Assembly (NCBI GenBank): GCA_965250285.1
Contig: OZ252299.1
Span: 320,001 to 384,000 of the forward strand
Reading direction: 5' to 3'
Length of the DNA stretch: 64,000 nucleotides
From: Myxococcota bacterium
GTDB lineage: Bacteria > Myxococcota_A > UBA9160 > UBA4427
Shown: in pieces, positions 1 to 9,138 of the stretch
Numbering within the stretch: the stretch's first letter is position 1
How the letters are laid out: each line of letters opens with the position of its first letter
Program-made: the position numbers and the translations under genes
The notes under the pieces: model-generated
Told to the model about the DNA's origin: nothing
Databases searched by the model: none
The model's input: only the letters and a program-made list of their open reading frames with translations

Positions 1-1
1 C

Positions 2-253
2 TCGACGTGGTCGGCGCTCTCGTCGGGGGCGAAGCTCGCCGATACGATGGCGTCGGTGACGGTGCCGACGTTGATCCAGCACCCGACCGCCGATACCGAG
101 ATTCGTGTCCACCAGGCGCTGGCGATTCGCGACGCATCGCCGGCCGACGATCTCACGTATCAGCAGCTCGAAGGCGCCCCGCACTACCTCGAGGGCCACC
201 GACCCGAAGCGATGCGCGCGGTGGCCGAGTGGGTCGCCGCTCGATTCCCCTGA
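2..253 (+). CDS. alpha/beta hydrolase, C-terminal fragment (5' truncated by window edge)
   Basis: Frame is open from position 2; VTVPTLIQHPTADTEI ... LEGAPHYL matches the Asp and His strands of the alpha/beta hydrolase catalytic triad. Confidence 0.65.
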   Translation, partial: STWSALSSGAKLADTMASVTVPTLIQHPTADTEIRVHQALAIRDASPADDLTYQQLEGAPHYLEGHRPEAMRAVAEWVAARFP

Positions 254-263
254 TCCATCGCGC

Positions 264-920
264 TCAGGCGTGCGGGAGCTGGCTGCGGTCGCCGACGTCG
301 CCGACGGGCTTGGCGGGGATGCCGACGGCCAGCGTGTGCTCGGGGATCGAGCGGGTCACGACGCTTCGGGTTCCGACCACGCTCTGCGAGCCGATCGTGA
401 CGCCCTTCAGCACGGTGGTATCCGACGCGACCCAGACCCACGACCCGATCGTGACCGGCGCGGTCTGCTCGGGACGCGCATCGTCGAGATCGTGCTGATC
501 ACTGTCGAAGACGCGCGATCCGAAGCCGATCATCGTCTCTTGGCCGATCACCAGGCGCTCCTTGGCGCTCAAGTGGCAGCCGTTCATCCAGGCGTGTGGG
601 CCGATCTCGATGCGTGCGCCTTCGAACGCGGCGATGTGGGTCGGATGCACGTTCGCGCGCAGCCAGGCGCCACGCTCGATCCGCACGTGGGCGCCGGCTT
701 CGACGTGAAAACGCACACCGCGCGGGATCCGATCGGCCTCGACACCGGGGCCGATCTCGAGCCGCGCGCCGGGGGCGAGGCCGAACTCGGCGACGGCGAG
801 GTTGGTCGACGCCGTGGGGTCGATCGTGAGCCCGGGATGCCGTCGCATCAGGCGGCGCAGACGAAAACGATCCCACGCCTGGATCAGGCGCAGCAATAGG
901 ACGAGGTGTCGAGGCGGCAC
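264..920 (-). CDS. left-handed beta-helix (hexapeptide repeat) acyltransferase
   Basis: DSDQHD, PVTIGSWVWVASDTTVLKGVTIGSQSVVGTRSVVT and GIPAK are typical of maltose/LPS O-acyltransferase-like LbH proteins. Confidence 0.88.
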   Translation of the reverse strand: MPPRHLVLLLRLIQAWDRFRLRRLMRRHPGLTIDPTASTNLAVAEFGLAPGARLEIGPGVEADRIPRGVRFHVEAGAHVRIERGAWLRANVHPTHIAAFEGARIEIGPHAWMNGCHLSAKERLVIGQETMIGFGSRVFDSDQHDLDDARPEQTAPVTIGSWVWVASDTTVLKGVTIGSQSVVGTRSVVTRSIPEHTLAVGIPAKPVGDVGDRSQLPHA

Positions 921-983
921 GGCGAGACGGTAGCGCCCCGCGTCGCCGGCGAGTCGAAGCCTCGAGGCCGCGTGGGCCGGCGG

Positions 984-1574
984 CTAGAACCGCAGGCGCA
1001 ATCCTCCGACGCCCGTGAAGCCGTCGAAGCCCTTGCCGCGCACGTGGGAGTAGTCGCCGGTCAGTGCCCACGTGTACCCGAAGCGGCCCTCGCCGAAGAG
1101 GCCGATGCGTCCGCCGGCGACCGGGACGTGCAGGCCGAACAGGCCGATCACCGACGCCGAGAGTCCGAGCTCCGAGCCCCGCGTCGACGTGCTGGCCGTG
1201 CGAATGGCGCCAAGACCGCCGCCACCGCCGAAGTAGGGCGAGATGCGCTTGGGCGCGAAGACGAAGCGACCGAGCAGTCGCACGTTGTAGAGGTCGACGG
1301 GCACGTCTTCGATGGCGCCGCCGGCCGGCGAAGCGTCCTGCCGGCGAAACTCGAACTCGGTGCCGCCCAGGAAGTGCTTCGAGCCCCACATGTGGCCGCC
1401 GAACTCGCCGAGCACCGTCCATCCCACCTGTCCCTTGTACGGGATCGCGACACCGCCGCCGACGCCGATGAATCGATCGGCGAGTGCAGGGCCGGGTAGG
1501 GCGACGAGGCATGCCCCGAGCAGGGCGGCGGAAAGAACGCGGGCGTGCGCCCGCAGCGACCGGTGGGCCGACAT
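984..1574 (-). CDS. outer-membrane beta-barrel protein (about 8 strands, OmpA/OmpW-like)
   Basis: Signal peptide ending PALA-D, alternating amphipathic strands, PYFGGGGGLG, C-terminal GGLRLRF BAM signal; start trimmed to ATG 1574. Confidence 0.75.
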   Translation of the reverse strand: MSAHRSLRAHARVLSAALLGACLVALPGPALADRFIGVGGGVAIPYKGQVGWTVLGEFGGHMWGSKHFLGGTEFEFRRQDASPAGGAIEDVPVDLYNVRLLGRFVFAPKRISPYFGGGGGLGAIRTASTSTRGSELGLSASVIGLFGLHVPVAGGRIGLFGEGRFGYTWALTGDYSHVRGKGFDGFTGVGGLRLRF

Positions 1575-1809
1575 CGACGAATCCTCCTCGGCCCGGATCG
1601 GGCCTCTGCACCCAATCGGCGCGGGCGGCGGTGATCTGGAGAACTCTTTTCGATTCGCGGAGTTGCGGGCCGTCCTGCCGCCGCCTGGAGGCGCAAAACG
1701 TCTTTGATCACGGGGGGTTGGCGGCGGCGGGGCGGCGCGCGCACTTCGACTAAGCTCGCTCGCCCACGCCGGCGGCTCGGCCGGCGTGCTCCCGGGAGAA
1801 GCGACCCGC

Positions 1810-4038
1810 ATGGTCCAGAAGATCGGTGTCGGCCTGTTGATCGTCGCCGTGCTCATGGCGGGGCTCGTCTATGCATCGGGGATGGGCTGGCTCGGTTCGC
1901 GCGACGTGCGACGCGGCGTGGTGTCGACGCCGCGTCCCGAGGCCGAGACCACCGCCCGCGTCGATGCACAGCGCGCCGGCGCCGCCGCGGTCGAGGCCGA
2001 CGCATCGAAGCAGATCCTCTTCGGCGACTTCCATGTTCACACCACGTACTCGGCCGACGCGTTCATGTTGAGCCTGCCGCTGGCCCAGGGCGAGGGCGCG
2101 CACCCGCCCGCCGACGCCTGCGACTTCGCGCGCTTCTGTTCGGCACTCGACTTCTGGTCGATCAACGACCATGCCGAGAACATGACGCCGGCGCAGTGGC
2201 AGGAGACCGTCGATGCGATCCGCAGCTGCAACGCAGTCGCGCCCGACAGCGAGCCCGACACGGTGGCGTTCCTCGGTTGGGAGTGGACGAACGTCGGCGT
2301 GACGCCCGACGATCATTGGGGCCACAAGAACGTCGTCGTCCGGGGTCTGTCGGACGACGAGGTGCCGGCACGACCGATCTCGTCGCGCGGCATGGCCTCG
2401 GCCGCGCTCGGCACCGGCCCAGGGGTCTGGGTGCGCGGCCTGATGGCGCTCGGCGGGCGCGATCGGCGGTATCACGACTTCGCGCGCTTCCTGGCTGAGC
2501 GCGACCAGAACGTCGCGTGCGAAGCCGACGTGCACGTGCGCAAGCTGCCCCGCGACTGCGTCGAGTCGGCCGAAGACCCGGCCACGCTCTTTCGCAAGCT
2601 CGACGAGTGGGGCTTCGCCTCGCTCGTGATCCCCCACGGCACGTCCTGGGGCTTCTACACGCCGCCCGGCTCGAGCTGGGACAAACAGCTGACGCGCGAG
2701 CAGCACGACCCCGATCGCCAGACCCTCGTCGAGCTGTACTCGGGCCATGGCAACTCGGAGCTCTATCGACCCTGGCGCGCGGTGATCGAGGACGGCGCCG
2801 GCGGCTACCTGTGCCCCGAGCCGAGCCCCGACTTCGAGCCGACGTGTTGGCGGGCGGGCGAGATCATTCGCCAGCGCTGCCTCGACGAAGGCGTCGAGGC
2901 GGCCGAGTGCGATACGCGCGCGGCCCAGGCGCGGCTGCATGCGGCGAACGCGGGCGTGGCCGGCCACCTGACCGTGCCGGGCGCGGAGGCCGACGAGTGG
3001 CTCGACGCCGGCCAGTGTCGCGACTGCTTCCTGCCCGCCTTCAACATGCGGCCGGCGAACTCGGTGCAGTACATGATGGCGCGCAAGGACTGGACCGATC
3101 CCGACGCCCCCCGCTCGTTTCGCTTCGGTGTCATCGCCTCGAGTGACATCCATTTTGCGCGCCCCGGCACCGGCTACAAGGAGTTCGCGCGCGAGGGCAT
3201 GAGCGAGTCGATCACGCGCGGCAACCTCGCGTTCGTCGCGCCGCCCGAGGCCGAGCCGGTGGCCGAGTCGGTGCCGTTCGGGCCCGACGACGTCGGCGAC
3301 GTGCAGGGCTTCCAGCTCGTCGAAATGGAGCGCCAGGGCTCCTTCTTCGCCACCGGGGGCCTGGTCGCGGCCCACGCGCCCGGGCGAGATCGGGATTCGA
3401 TCTGGGGTGCCCTCGATCGACGCGAGGTGTACGGCACGAGCGGTCCGCGGATCCTGCTCTGGTTCGATCTCGTCAACGCCGGCCAGGGCGAGGCGCGCGC
3501 GCCGATGGGCTCGCAGGTGCAGCTGCCCCGGTCGCCGAAATTCGAGGTGCGCGCCGTCGGCAGCTTCGAACAGAAGCCCGGCTGCCCCGACTCGAGCGTG
3601 CAGGCCCTGGGCGCCGACGAGATCGAACGCCTCTGCAAGGGTGAGTGCTATCACCCGTCCGAGCAGCGGCGGCCGATCACGAGAATCGAGGTCGTCCGGG
3701 TGCGCCCCCAGCAGCGGCCCGACGAGCCGGTCGACGCGCTCATCGAAGATCCGTGGCGGGTACTCGAGTGCCCAGGGGTCGAGGAGGGCTGCGTCGTGCG
3801 CTTCGACGACCCCGAGTTCGAGACGAGCCCGCGTGAGACGCTCTACTACGTGCGAGCCATCGAGGCGCCGAGCCTGGCCGTGAACGGCGACAACCTGCGC
3901 TGCGACCGCGACGCTTCGGGGCGCTGCGTGCGGGTGAACCGCTGCGCGGTGCCGGGCGACGAAGGCGACGACTGCCTGGCCGAGATCGAAGAGCGCGCAT
4001 GGTCGTCCCCGATCTACGTCGATCCGGTCGGACTCTGA
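1810..4038 (+). CDS. DUF3604 family exported PHP-like metallohydrolase
   Basis: N-terminal hydrophobic anchor; FGDFHVHTTYSADA, LDFWSINDHAE, GWEW, IPHG, SSDIH, REVYGTSGPRI, YYVRAIE, EERAWSSPI; Cys-rich. Confidence 0.85.
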   Translation: MVQKIGVGLLIVAVLMAGLVYASGMGWLGSRDVRRGVVSTPRPEAETTARVDAQRAGAAAVEADASKQILFGDFHVHTTYSADAFMLSLPLAQGEGAHPPADACDFARFCSALDFWSINDHAENMTPAQWQETVDAIRSCNAVAPDSEPDTVAFLGWEWTNVGVTPDDHWGHKNVVVRGLSDDEVPARPISSRGMASAALGTGPGVWVRGLMALGGRDRRYHDFARFLAERDQNVACEADVHVRKLPRDCVESAEDPATLFRKLDEWGFASLVIPHGTSWGFYTPPGSSWDKQLTREQHDPDRQTLVELYSGHGNSELYRPWRAVIEDGAGGYLCPEPSPDFEPTCWRAGEIIRQRCLDEGVEAAECDTRAAQARLHAANAGVAGHLTVPGAEADEWLDAGQCRDCFLPAFNMRPANSVQYMMARKDWTDPDAPRSFRFGVIASSDIHFARPGTGYKEFAREGMSESITRGNLAFVAPPEAEPVAESVPFGPDDVGDVQGFQLVEMERQGSFFATGGLVAAHAPGRDRDSIWGALDRREVYGTSGPRILLWFDLVNAGQGEARAPMGSQVQLPRSPKFEVRAVGSFEQKPGCPDSSVQALGADEIERLCKGECYHPSEQRRPITRIEVVRVRPQQRPDEPVDALIEDPWRVLECPGVEEGCVVRFDDPEFETSPRETLYYVRAIEAPSLAVNGDNLRCDRDASGRCVRVNRCAVPGDEGDDCLAEIEERAWSSPIYVDPVGL

Positions 4039-4109
4039 TCGAGTCCGCGCGGGGCGACACGAGCGACAGCAACCCAGAGCCAACTCAACGAAGAAGGACC
4101 GAGAGCGAG

Positions 4110-4901
4110 ATGACGAAGCTGGACGGAAAGGTCGCGCTGGTGACGGCGGGTGCGACGGGCATCGGGTACGGCTGCGCCGAGGCGATCATCGCCGCGGGGG
4201 GCCGGGTCATGATCTGCGCCCGTCGCGAGGACGTATTGAAGGAGGCCGCCGCGAACCTCGGCGAGGCCGCGGAATGGATCGCGTGCGACGTCGGGGACGA
4301 GGCGTCGGCGAACGCTGCGGTGGAGGCGACGGTCGAACGTCTCGGTCGGCTCGATCTCGCGGTGAACGCGGCGGGTACGGGCGCGGCGAGTCCGCTGCTC
4401 TCGATGCCGACGGAGCAGTGGGACAACTGCATCAACACGAATCTGACGGGCGCCTTCTACTGCGTGCGCGCCCAGGCGAACGCGATGGTCGCGGCCGGCG
4501 GTGGCGGCAGCATCGTCAACGTGAGCTCGATCGCCGGCACGCTGCCCCACCCCTGGATGAGCCCGTACTGCGTCTCGAAGGCCGGGCTCGACATGCTCAC
4601 GCGCTGCGCGGCCGAAGAGCTGGGCGAGCACGGGATCCGGGTGAACTCGGTGCAGCCCGGCGTCGTGAAGACGCCGATGGCGTCGATGCTCTCGGACAAT
4701 GAGGTCTCGCGGGAGGAGTACATGCGCCGGATGCCGATCGCGCGGGTCGGCGAGCCCGAGGACGTCGGCCAGCTCGTCACCTTCCTGCTCTCCGACGCGG
4801 CCAGCTGGATCACCGGCCAGGTGATCGGCGTGAACGGAGGCCATGATCTGCGCGGCGGGCCCGATCTGAAGCCGCTGTTCAAGAGCTTCGGAATGGGCTG
4901 A
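4110..4901 (+). CDS. short-chain dehydrogenase/reductase (SDR)
   Basis: TAGATGIG, VNAAG, NVSS, YCVSK (YxxxK), VNSVQPG. Confidence 0.92.
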   Translation: MTKLDGKVALVTAGATGIGYGCAEAIIAAGGRVMICARREDVLKEAAANLGEAAEWIACDVGDEASANAAVEATVERLGRLDLAVNAAGTGAASPLLSMPTEQWDNCINTNLTGAFYCVRAQANAMVAAGGGGSIVNVSSIAGTLPHPWMSPYCVSKAGLDMLTRCAAEELGEHGIRVNSVQPGVVKTPMASMLSDNEVSREEYMRRMPIARVGEPEDVGQLVTFLLSDAASWITGQVIGVNGGHDLRGGPDLKPLFKSFGMG

Positions 4902-5035
4902 GGCGCCCGTCACCGAGCCGATCTGGACACGCGGGGCGGTGAGGCCGAACGCGTCGCGGCGGAATCGAAGGTCACGTGCCGGCCCAGGTTCGCCGGCCGC
5001 ACGTGGACGCCCAGGGCAGGGAGTGAGGACGGTCG

Positions 5036-6244
5036 ATGGCGAAGATGCTGGGTCTGGCGCTGGTGCTCGTGTCGGCATCGGAGGCGTGGCTGGCGTTCCT
5101 GCTCGGGCGCGCGATGGGGCGCCCCCTCGATCCGGGCCTTGCCCTCGCGCTCGTGCCGGTGCTGCTCGTTCTGAACGCCCTCTGCCTGCCGCTGGCGCGC
5201 CGCTCGCTGCGCAGCGACTCGCGCCTCACGAAGCAGGCGGCGCGCACGTGGATGATCACCAGCATCGCCTTTCTGCTCGGCGGCACTCTGAGTGTGCTCG
5301 CCTTCGTGCTCGGGGGTGGGCTCGGTGTCGCCGGGTCGCTCGTCCTGGGGCAGCCGGCCTTCGGGGCTGAGGCGGTGCCGTCCGACGAGGCGCTTTGGCC
5401 GCTGCGCACGGCGGTCGGCGGGGCGATGGCCGGCGGCGTCGTGGGCTTCGCCGCGATCTGGTGGGGCTACGTCGTGGGCCAGCGCTGGGTGCACGTCGAG
5501 GACGTCGCGCTGCCCACCGCTGGCTCGAACCCGGCGCTCGCCGCCCTGCGCATTGCGCACGTGACCGATCTGCATGTCGGGCCGCTGCTCCGCGCGCCGC
5601 GCCTCGCCAAGCTCGTCGATCGCATCAACGCGACGTCCCCGGACGTGATCGTCCTGACCGGCGACATCTTCGACTTCGATCCGGCCTATGTCGAAGAGGG
5701 CTGCCGCGAGCTCGCGGCGCTGTCGGCCCCACTCGGCGTCTACGCCGTGCTCGGCAACCACGACGTCTACACCGGGGCCGACGTCGTCGCCGAGGGGCTC
5801 GCTCGCGCCGGGCTCACCGTGCTGCGCGACCAGTGGTGCGTCGTGGGCGAGGGCGACGCCCGGTTCTGTCTGGTCGGGGCGGAGGATCCCGGCGTCGGCT
5901 GGCAGAAGCGCGACAGCGAGCTGCCCGCGCTCGACCGACTGGCGCGTGAGGCACCGAACGATCTGCCGCGTCTGCTGCTCGTGCACCGTCCGAGCTTCTT
6001 CGGGCAGGCGGTCCGACTCGGCTTTCCCGCGATCCTCACCGGCCACACGCACGGTGGGCAGCTCGCGCCGCCGTTCATGCGCGAGCACAACGTGTCGCGG
6101 GTGATCTCGCGTTGGACACGTGGCCTCTACCGCGACGGCCAGAGCACGATGTACGTGAACCCGGGCATCGGCGTGGCGGGCCTGCCCGTGCGGCTCAACT
6201 GCCCGCGCGAGATCGCGATGATTCGGATGGTCGAGGCGGCCTAG
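5036..6244 (+). CDS. membrane-anchored metallophosphoesterase (YkuE/YaeI-like)
   Basis: N-terminal TM helices followed by DLH, GDIFD, GNHD, H and GHTHGGQ calcineurin-like motifs. Confidence 0.9.
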   Translation: MAKMLGLALVLVSASEAWLAFLLGRAMGRPLDPGLALALVPVLLVLNALCLPLARRSLRSDSRLTKQAARTWMITSIAFLLGGTLSVLAFVLGGGLGVAGSLVLGQPAFGAEAVPSDEALWPLRTAVGGAMAGGVVGFAAIWWGYVVGQRWVHVEDVALPTAGSNPALAALRIAHVTDLHVGPLLRAPRLAKLVDRINATSPDVIVLTGDIFDFDPAYVEEGCRELAALSAPLGVYAVLGNHDVYTGADVVAEGLARAGLTVLRDQWCVVGEGDARFCLVGAEDPGVGWQKRDSELPALDRLAREAPNDLPRLLLVHRPSFFGQAVRLGFPAILTGHTHGGQLAPPFMREHNVSRVISRWTRGLYRDGQSTMYVNPGIGVAGLPVRLNCPREIAMIRMVEAA

Positions 6245-6271
6245 CGACCGGGGTCGGTCGCGCGCCGCACG

Positions 6272-6577
6272 TCAGCCGGCCAGGCGGCTGAACACGTCCT
6301 CGGGGCTGTTGCCCGGTCCATCGGTGTCGGGCGCCGCTGCGAGCGCGCTCTTGATGGTCGAGCAGACCGACGCTGTGTCGGAGACGCCGCGCGCTTCGAG
6401 CTCGCGGGGCAGGATCTTGTCGACCACGACCGACAGCTGACTGCCGCTCACCGACGCGGCGTCGAGACCGGCCTCCTTGAGAGCGAGACGAATCGTGCCG
6501 CGCGCCTCGATGCGTTCCAGGCTCGAAGCCTGCTCGAGCTGCTCACACGCGATCGTGAAGGCCTGACTCTCGGCCAT
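6272..6577 (-). CDS. small hypothetical helical protein (101 aa)
   Basis: Protein-like composition; GGAGGG RBS-like sequence upstream of ATG 6577; convergent with the phosphoesterase. Confidence 0.7.
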   Translation of the reverse strand: MAESQAFTIACEQLEQASSLERIEARGTIRLALKEAGLDAASVSGSQLSVVVDKILPRELEARGVSDTASVCSTIKSALAAAPDTDGPGNSPEDVFSRLAG

Positions 6578-6830
6578 GTCCGTCACCCTCCCCATGGACC
6601 CGTCCGGCGTTGAATGGCGCCGGGCGTCGATGGCTTCGGGACCTATCGGCCGTGTGCAGGTCGGGCCTGAGGGCCCGCCGGCGCTTTTTTCGTGAATCAG
6701 AGGGGTTGGGGGCGAAAGCACGCACTGGCTGCACATCAGTCGAGGGCGGCGTGTCACGCCCGGGGCCCGACGCGCTGGCTGCGGTCGCCGCGGCGCCGCG
6801 AGCCACAGCCCGAAGGGCCTGCGCGTGCGC

Positions 6831-8972
6831 TCAGGCCTCGGCCAGGCCGCGCACGTTGACGGGGATGGCGCTCTGCCGCGGGATGCCCGAGATGGGGTCG
6901 TACTCGCGCTCGACGTCGATCAGACGCGCCGTAGACGTCCCCAAGGCTTCGACATCGTCGTCTTCGCCCGGGGCCGCACCCCAGGCGTGGGCCATCGACA
7001 CGACGCCCGGCCGCACGTCGTCGGTGGCGGCGACGATGGCGCGCACACGGGCTCGGCTCGACTCGATCTCGACCGGCTGGCCATCGACGAGACCGAGGGT
7101 CTCGAGGTCGTCGGGGTGCATGTAGGCCGGGTTGTAGGGCCGCTTCGCGCGCAGCGAAGGCAGCTCGCGGCCGACCGAGTTGCAGACCTCGCGGAGGCGA
7201 CGCGAGATCAGCCGATGACTGAAGCCGGCGTCGCGGTCGGCGCCGTCCTCGATCTCGGCGTGGAGCGTCGCCAGCTCGGCGAGGGCGTCGGGGTTCGCCA
7301 GCGCGAGGGACGGTTTGGGCTCGCCGCGGTTGGGCGACACCGTCAGTGCCTCGGTCGGTGGAAAGAGCGCGCCGTGGGGATGCTTGCGCACCTCGTCGAG
7401 GGGCACGCGCGCCGGTGCGGTCACGAGGTCGAGGACGGCGTCGGTCGTCGGCCGTTCGTCGAGCGGCAGCGCGCCGCCGGGCATGGGAACCTCGGTGCCC
7501 ATGCGCGAAGCCAGCTCCCACACGAAGCCCCACTCTTCGGTCACCTCACTGCCCTTCGGCGGTTCGCAGACCTGAGGCGTGTACATCGCGTACGCCTCGG
7601 GCCACCAGGTATCCATCAGCGTCGTGGCGTCGGCGCGCTCGAGCGAGAGGGTGGGCGCGATGACGTAGTCGGCGAGTTTGGCCGTCGAGCCCATGAAGGG
7701 GTCGAGCACGACGAGCAGGTCGAGGGCCTGGAGCGCCTCGAGCGTCTTCAATTGGTCGGGCCACGCCATCATGGGGTTGCCGCCGAGCACGATGAGCGCG
7801 CGCACCTGGCCCTCGCCCGGCGTGAGAATCTCGTCGGCGAGCGCCGCGGTCGGCAGCTCACCCGCGATCTGTCCGAGCCCGCGAATGCGGCTCTGCGTGC
7901 CCATGCGATAGCCGGGCATCGGGGCGCTGGCGCCTTCGAAGGCCGGGCGCGCCGGCATCAGCGTGCCCGGGTTGGCGAGCTCCTCCCCGAGGCGATTCAC
8001 GCGCCCGCACAGCGTGTTCATGCAGAGGATCAGGTACTCGGTCAGGTTCGGGTACGGCGCCATCGACGGGCCGGTGCCCGAGCTGGCGAGGCCGCGCTTT
8101 CCGCCGGCGAAGCGCCGGGCGGCCTCGGTGACGAGATCGAACGAGAGGCCGGTGCGCCGCTCGACCATCTCGTTGGTGAACCCCGCGACCGCTCGGGCGA
8201 GCTCGTCGCGGCCCGTGGCCCACGTCGAGACGAAGTCGGCGTCTTCGAGGCCCTCTTCGAGGATCACGCGAATCATGCCCGCGAGCAGCGTCGCGTCTTC
8301 GCCCGGCTTCACCGGCAGGTAGAGGTCGGCCATCTTCGCGACGTCACTGCGGCGCGGATCGACGACGATCAGGTCGAGGCCGCGGCGCTTCGCGTCGCGC
8401 AGCCGCTTGGTCGGGTTGAACGAAGGAAAGCCCGACGTGCCGCCGTACATCGAGACGATCGAGTTGCAGCCGAAGACCATCCACACGTCGGACGTCGCGA
8501 ACGAGTGGGTGCCGCCCATCCAGCCGCCGTGCAGCTGGGGGGCGATCAGCTTGTTGGGCTGATCGATCGAGAGGCTGGTGTAGAAGCTCGGCGAGCCGAG
8601 ACCGGCCATCCACGCGCGGCCGACCGCGAGGCCGGTCGCGTTCTGATACGCCGCCGTCCCGCCATAGACGGCGACCGCGCGCGGGCCGTGTTCGGCGATG
8701 ATCGACTGCAGGCGCGAAGCGATGTCGTCACAGGCATCTCGCAACGCCACCGGTGAGAACGTGCCGTCGGCGTTGCGCTTCTGCGGGTGCAGTAGCCGAT
8801 CGGGGTGCGCGTGCTGTTCGGGCAGGGCGCGGCCCTTGATGCACGTGTATCCCTCGGACATCGGGTTCTGCTTGTCGCCGCGGACGCGCAGCGGTCGGCC
8901 GTCGTCATCGAGATCGACTTCGATCCCGCAGAAGGCGTGACAGAAACGACAGAACGAAGTGGTGGACGACAT
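6831..8972 (-). CDS. molybdopterin (bis-MGD) oxidoreductase, cytoplasmic, N-terminal 4Fe-4S
   Basis: CRFCHAFCG...TCIKG Fe-S motif, RLLHPQKR, PVKPGED, AYMHPDD...VRPGVVSMAHAWG dinucleotide-binding domain; no Tat signal. Confidence 0.92.
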   Translation of the reverse strand: MSSTTSFCRFCHAFCGIEVDLDDDGRPLRVRGDKQNPMSEGYTCIKGRALPEQHAHPDRLLHPQKRNADGTFSPVALRDACDDIASRLQSIIAEHGPRAVAVYGGTAAYQNATGLAVGRAWMAGLGSPSFYTSLSIDQPNKLIAPQLHGGWMGGTHSFATSDVWMVFGCNSIVSMYGGTSGFPSFNPTKRLRDAKRRGLDLIVVDPRRSDVAKMADLYLPVKPGEDATLLAGMIRVILEEGLEDADFVSTWATGRDELARAVAGFTNEMVERRTGLSFDLVTEAARRFAGGKRGLASSGTGPSMAPYPNLTEYLILCMNTLCGRVNRLGEELANPGTLMPARPAFEGASAPMPGYRMGTQSRIRGLGQIAGELPTAALADEILTPGEGQVRALIVLGGNPMMAWPDQLKTLEALQALDLLVVLDPFMGSTAKLADYVIAPTLSLERADATTLMDTWWPEAYAMYTPQVCEPPKGSEVTEEWGFVWELASRMGTEVPMPGGALPLDERPTTDAVLDLVTAPARVPLDEVRKHPHGALFPPTEALTVSPNRGEPKPSLALANPDALAELATLHAEIEDGADRDAGFSHRLISRRLREVCNSVGRELPSLRAKRPYNPAYMHPDDLETLGLVDGQPVEIESSRARVRAIVAATDDVRPGVVSMAHAWGAAPGEDDDVEALGTSTARLIDVEREYDPISGIPRQSAIPVNVRGLAEA

Positions 8973-9027
8973 CGCGACTCCCTGCTTCGCCGTCCGGTGA
9001 AGCGACGGTTCGCTCGTTCGGCGGCGT

Positions 9028-9138
9028 GGCGCGGTCGCGAAATCGTACCATCAAGCGGTGGCGTGGCGCGGCCGCCCAATCGGTCGATCAAGCGCCGGCG
9101 CGGCGCGGTCGCGAAATCGTACCATCAAGCAGTGGCGT
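9028..9138. repeat. three tandem 37-bp units
   Basis: 9028-9064 GGCGCGGTCGCGAAATCGTACCATCAAGCGGTGGCGT; 9065-9101 diverged copy (28/37 identical); 9102-9138 copy with one mismatch. Confidence 0.85.

Noticed and set aside
6660..6692. Plus-strand intrinsic terminator (stem plus TTTTTT)
   Set aside because: Weak stem separated from the U-tract, and no plus-strand gene ends nearby
9028..9138. Mini CRISPR array (repeat-spacer-repeat)
   Set aside because: The apparent spacer is itself a diverged repeat copy, the third unit overlaps a CDS end, and there are no cas genes
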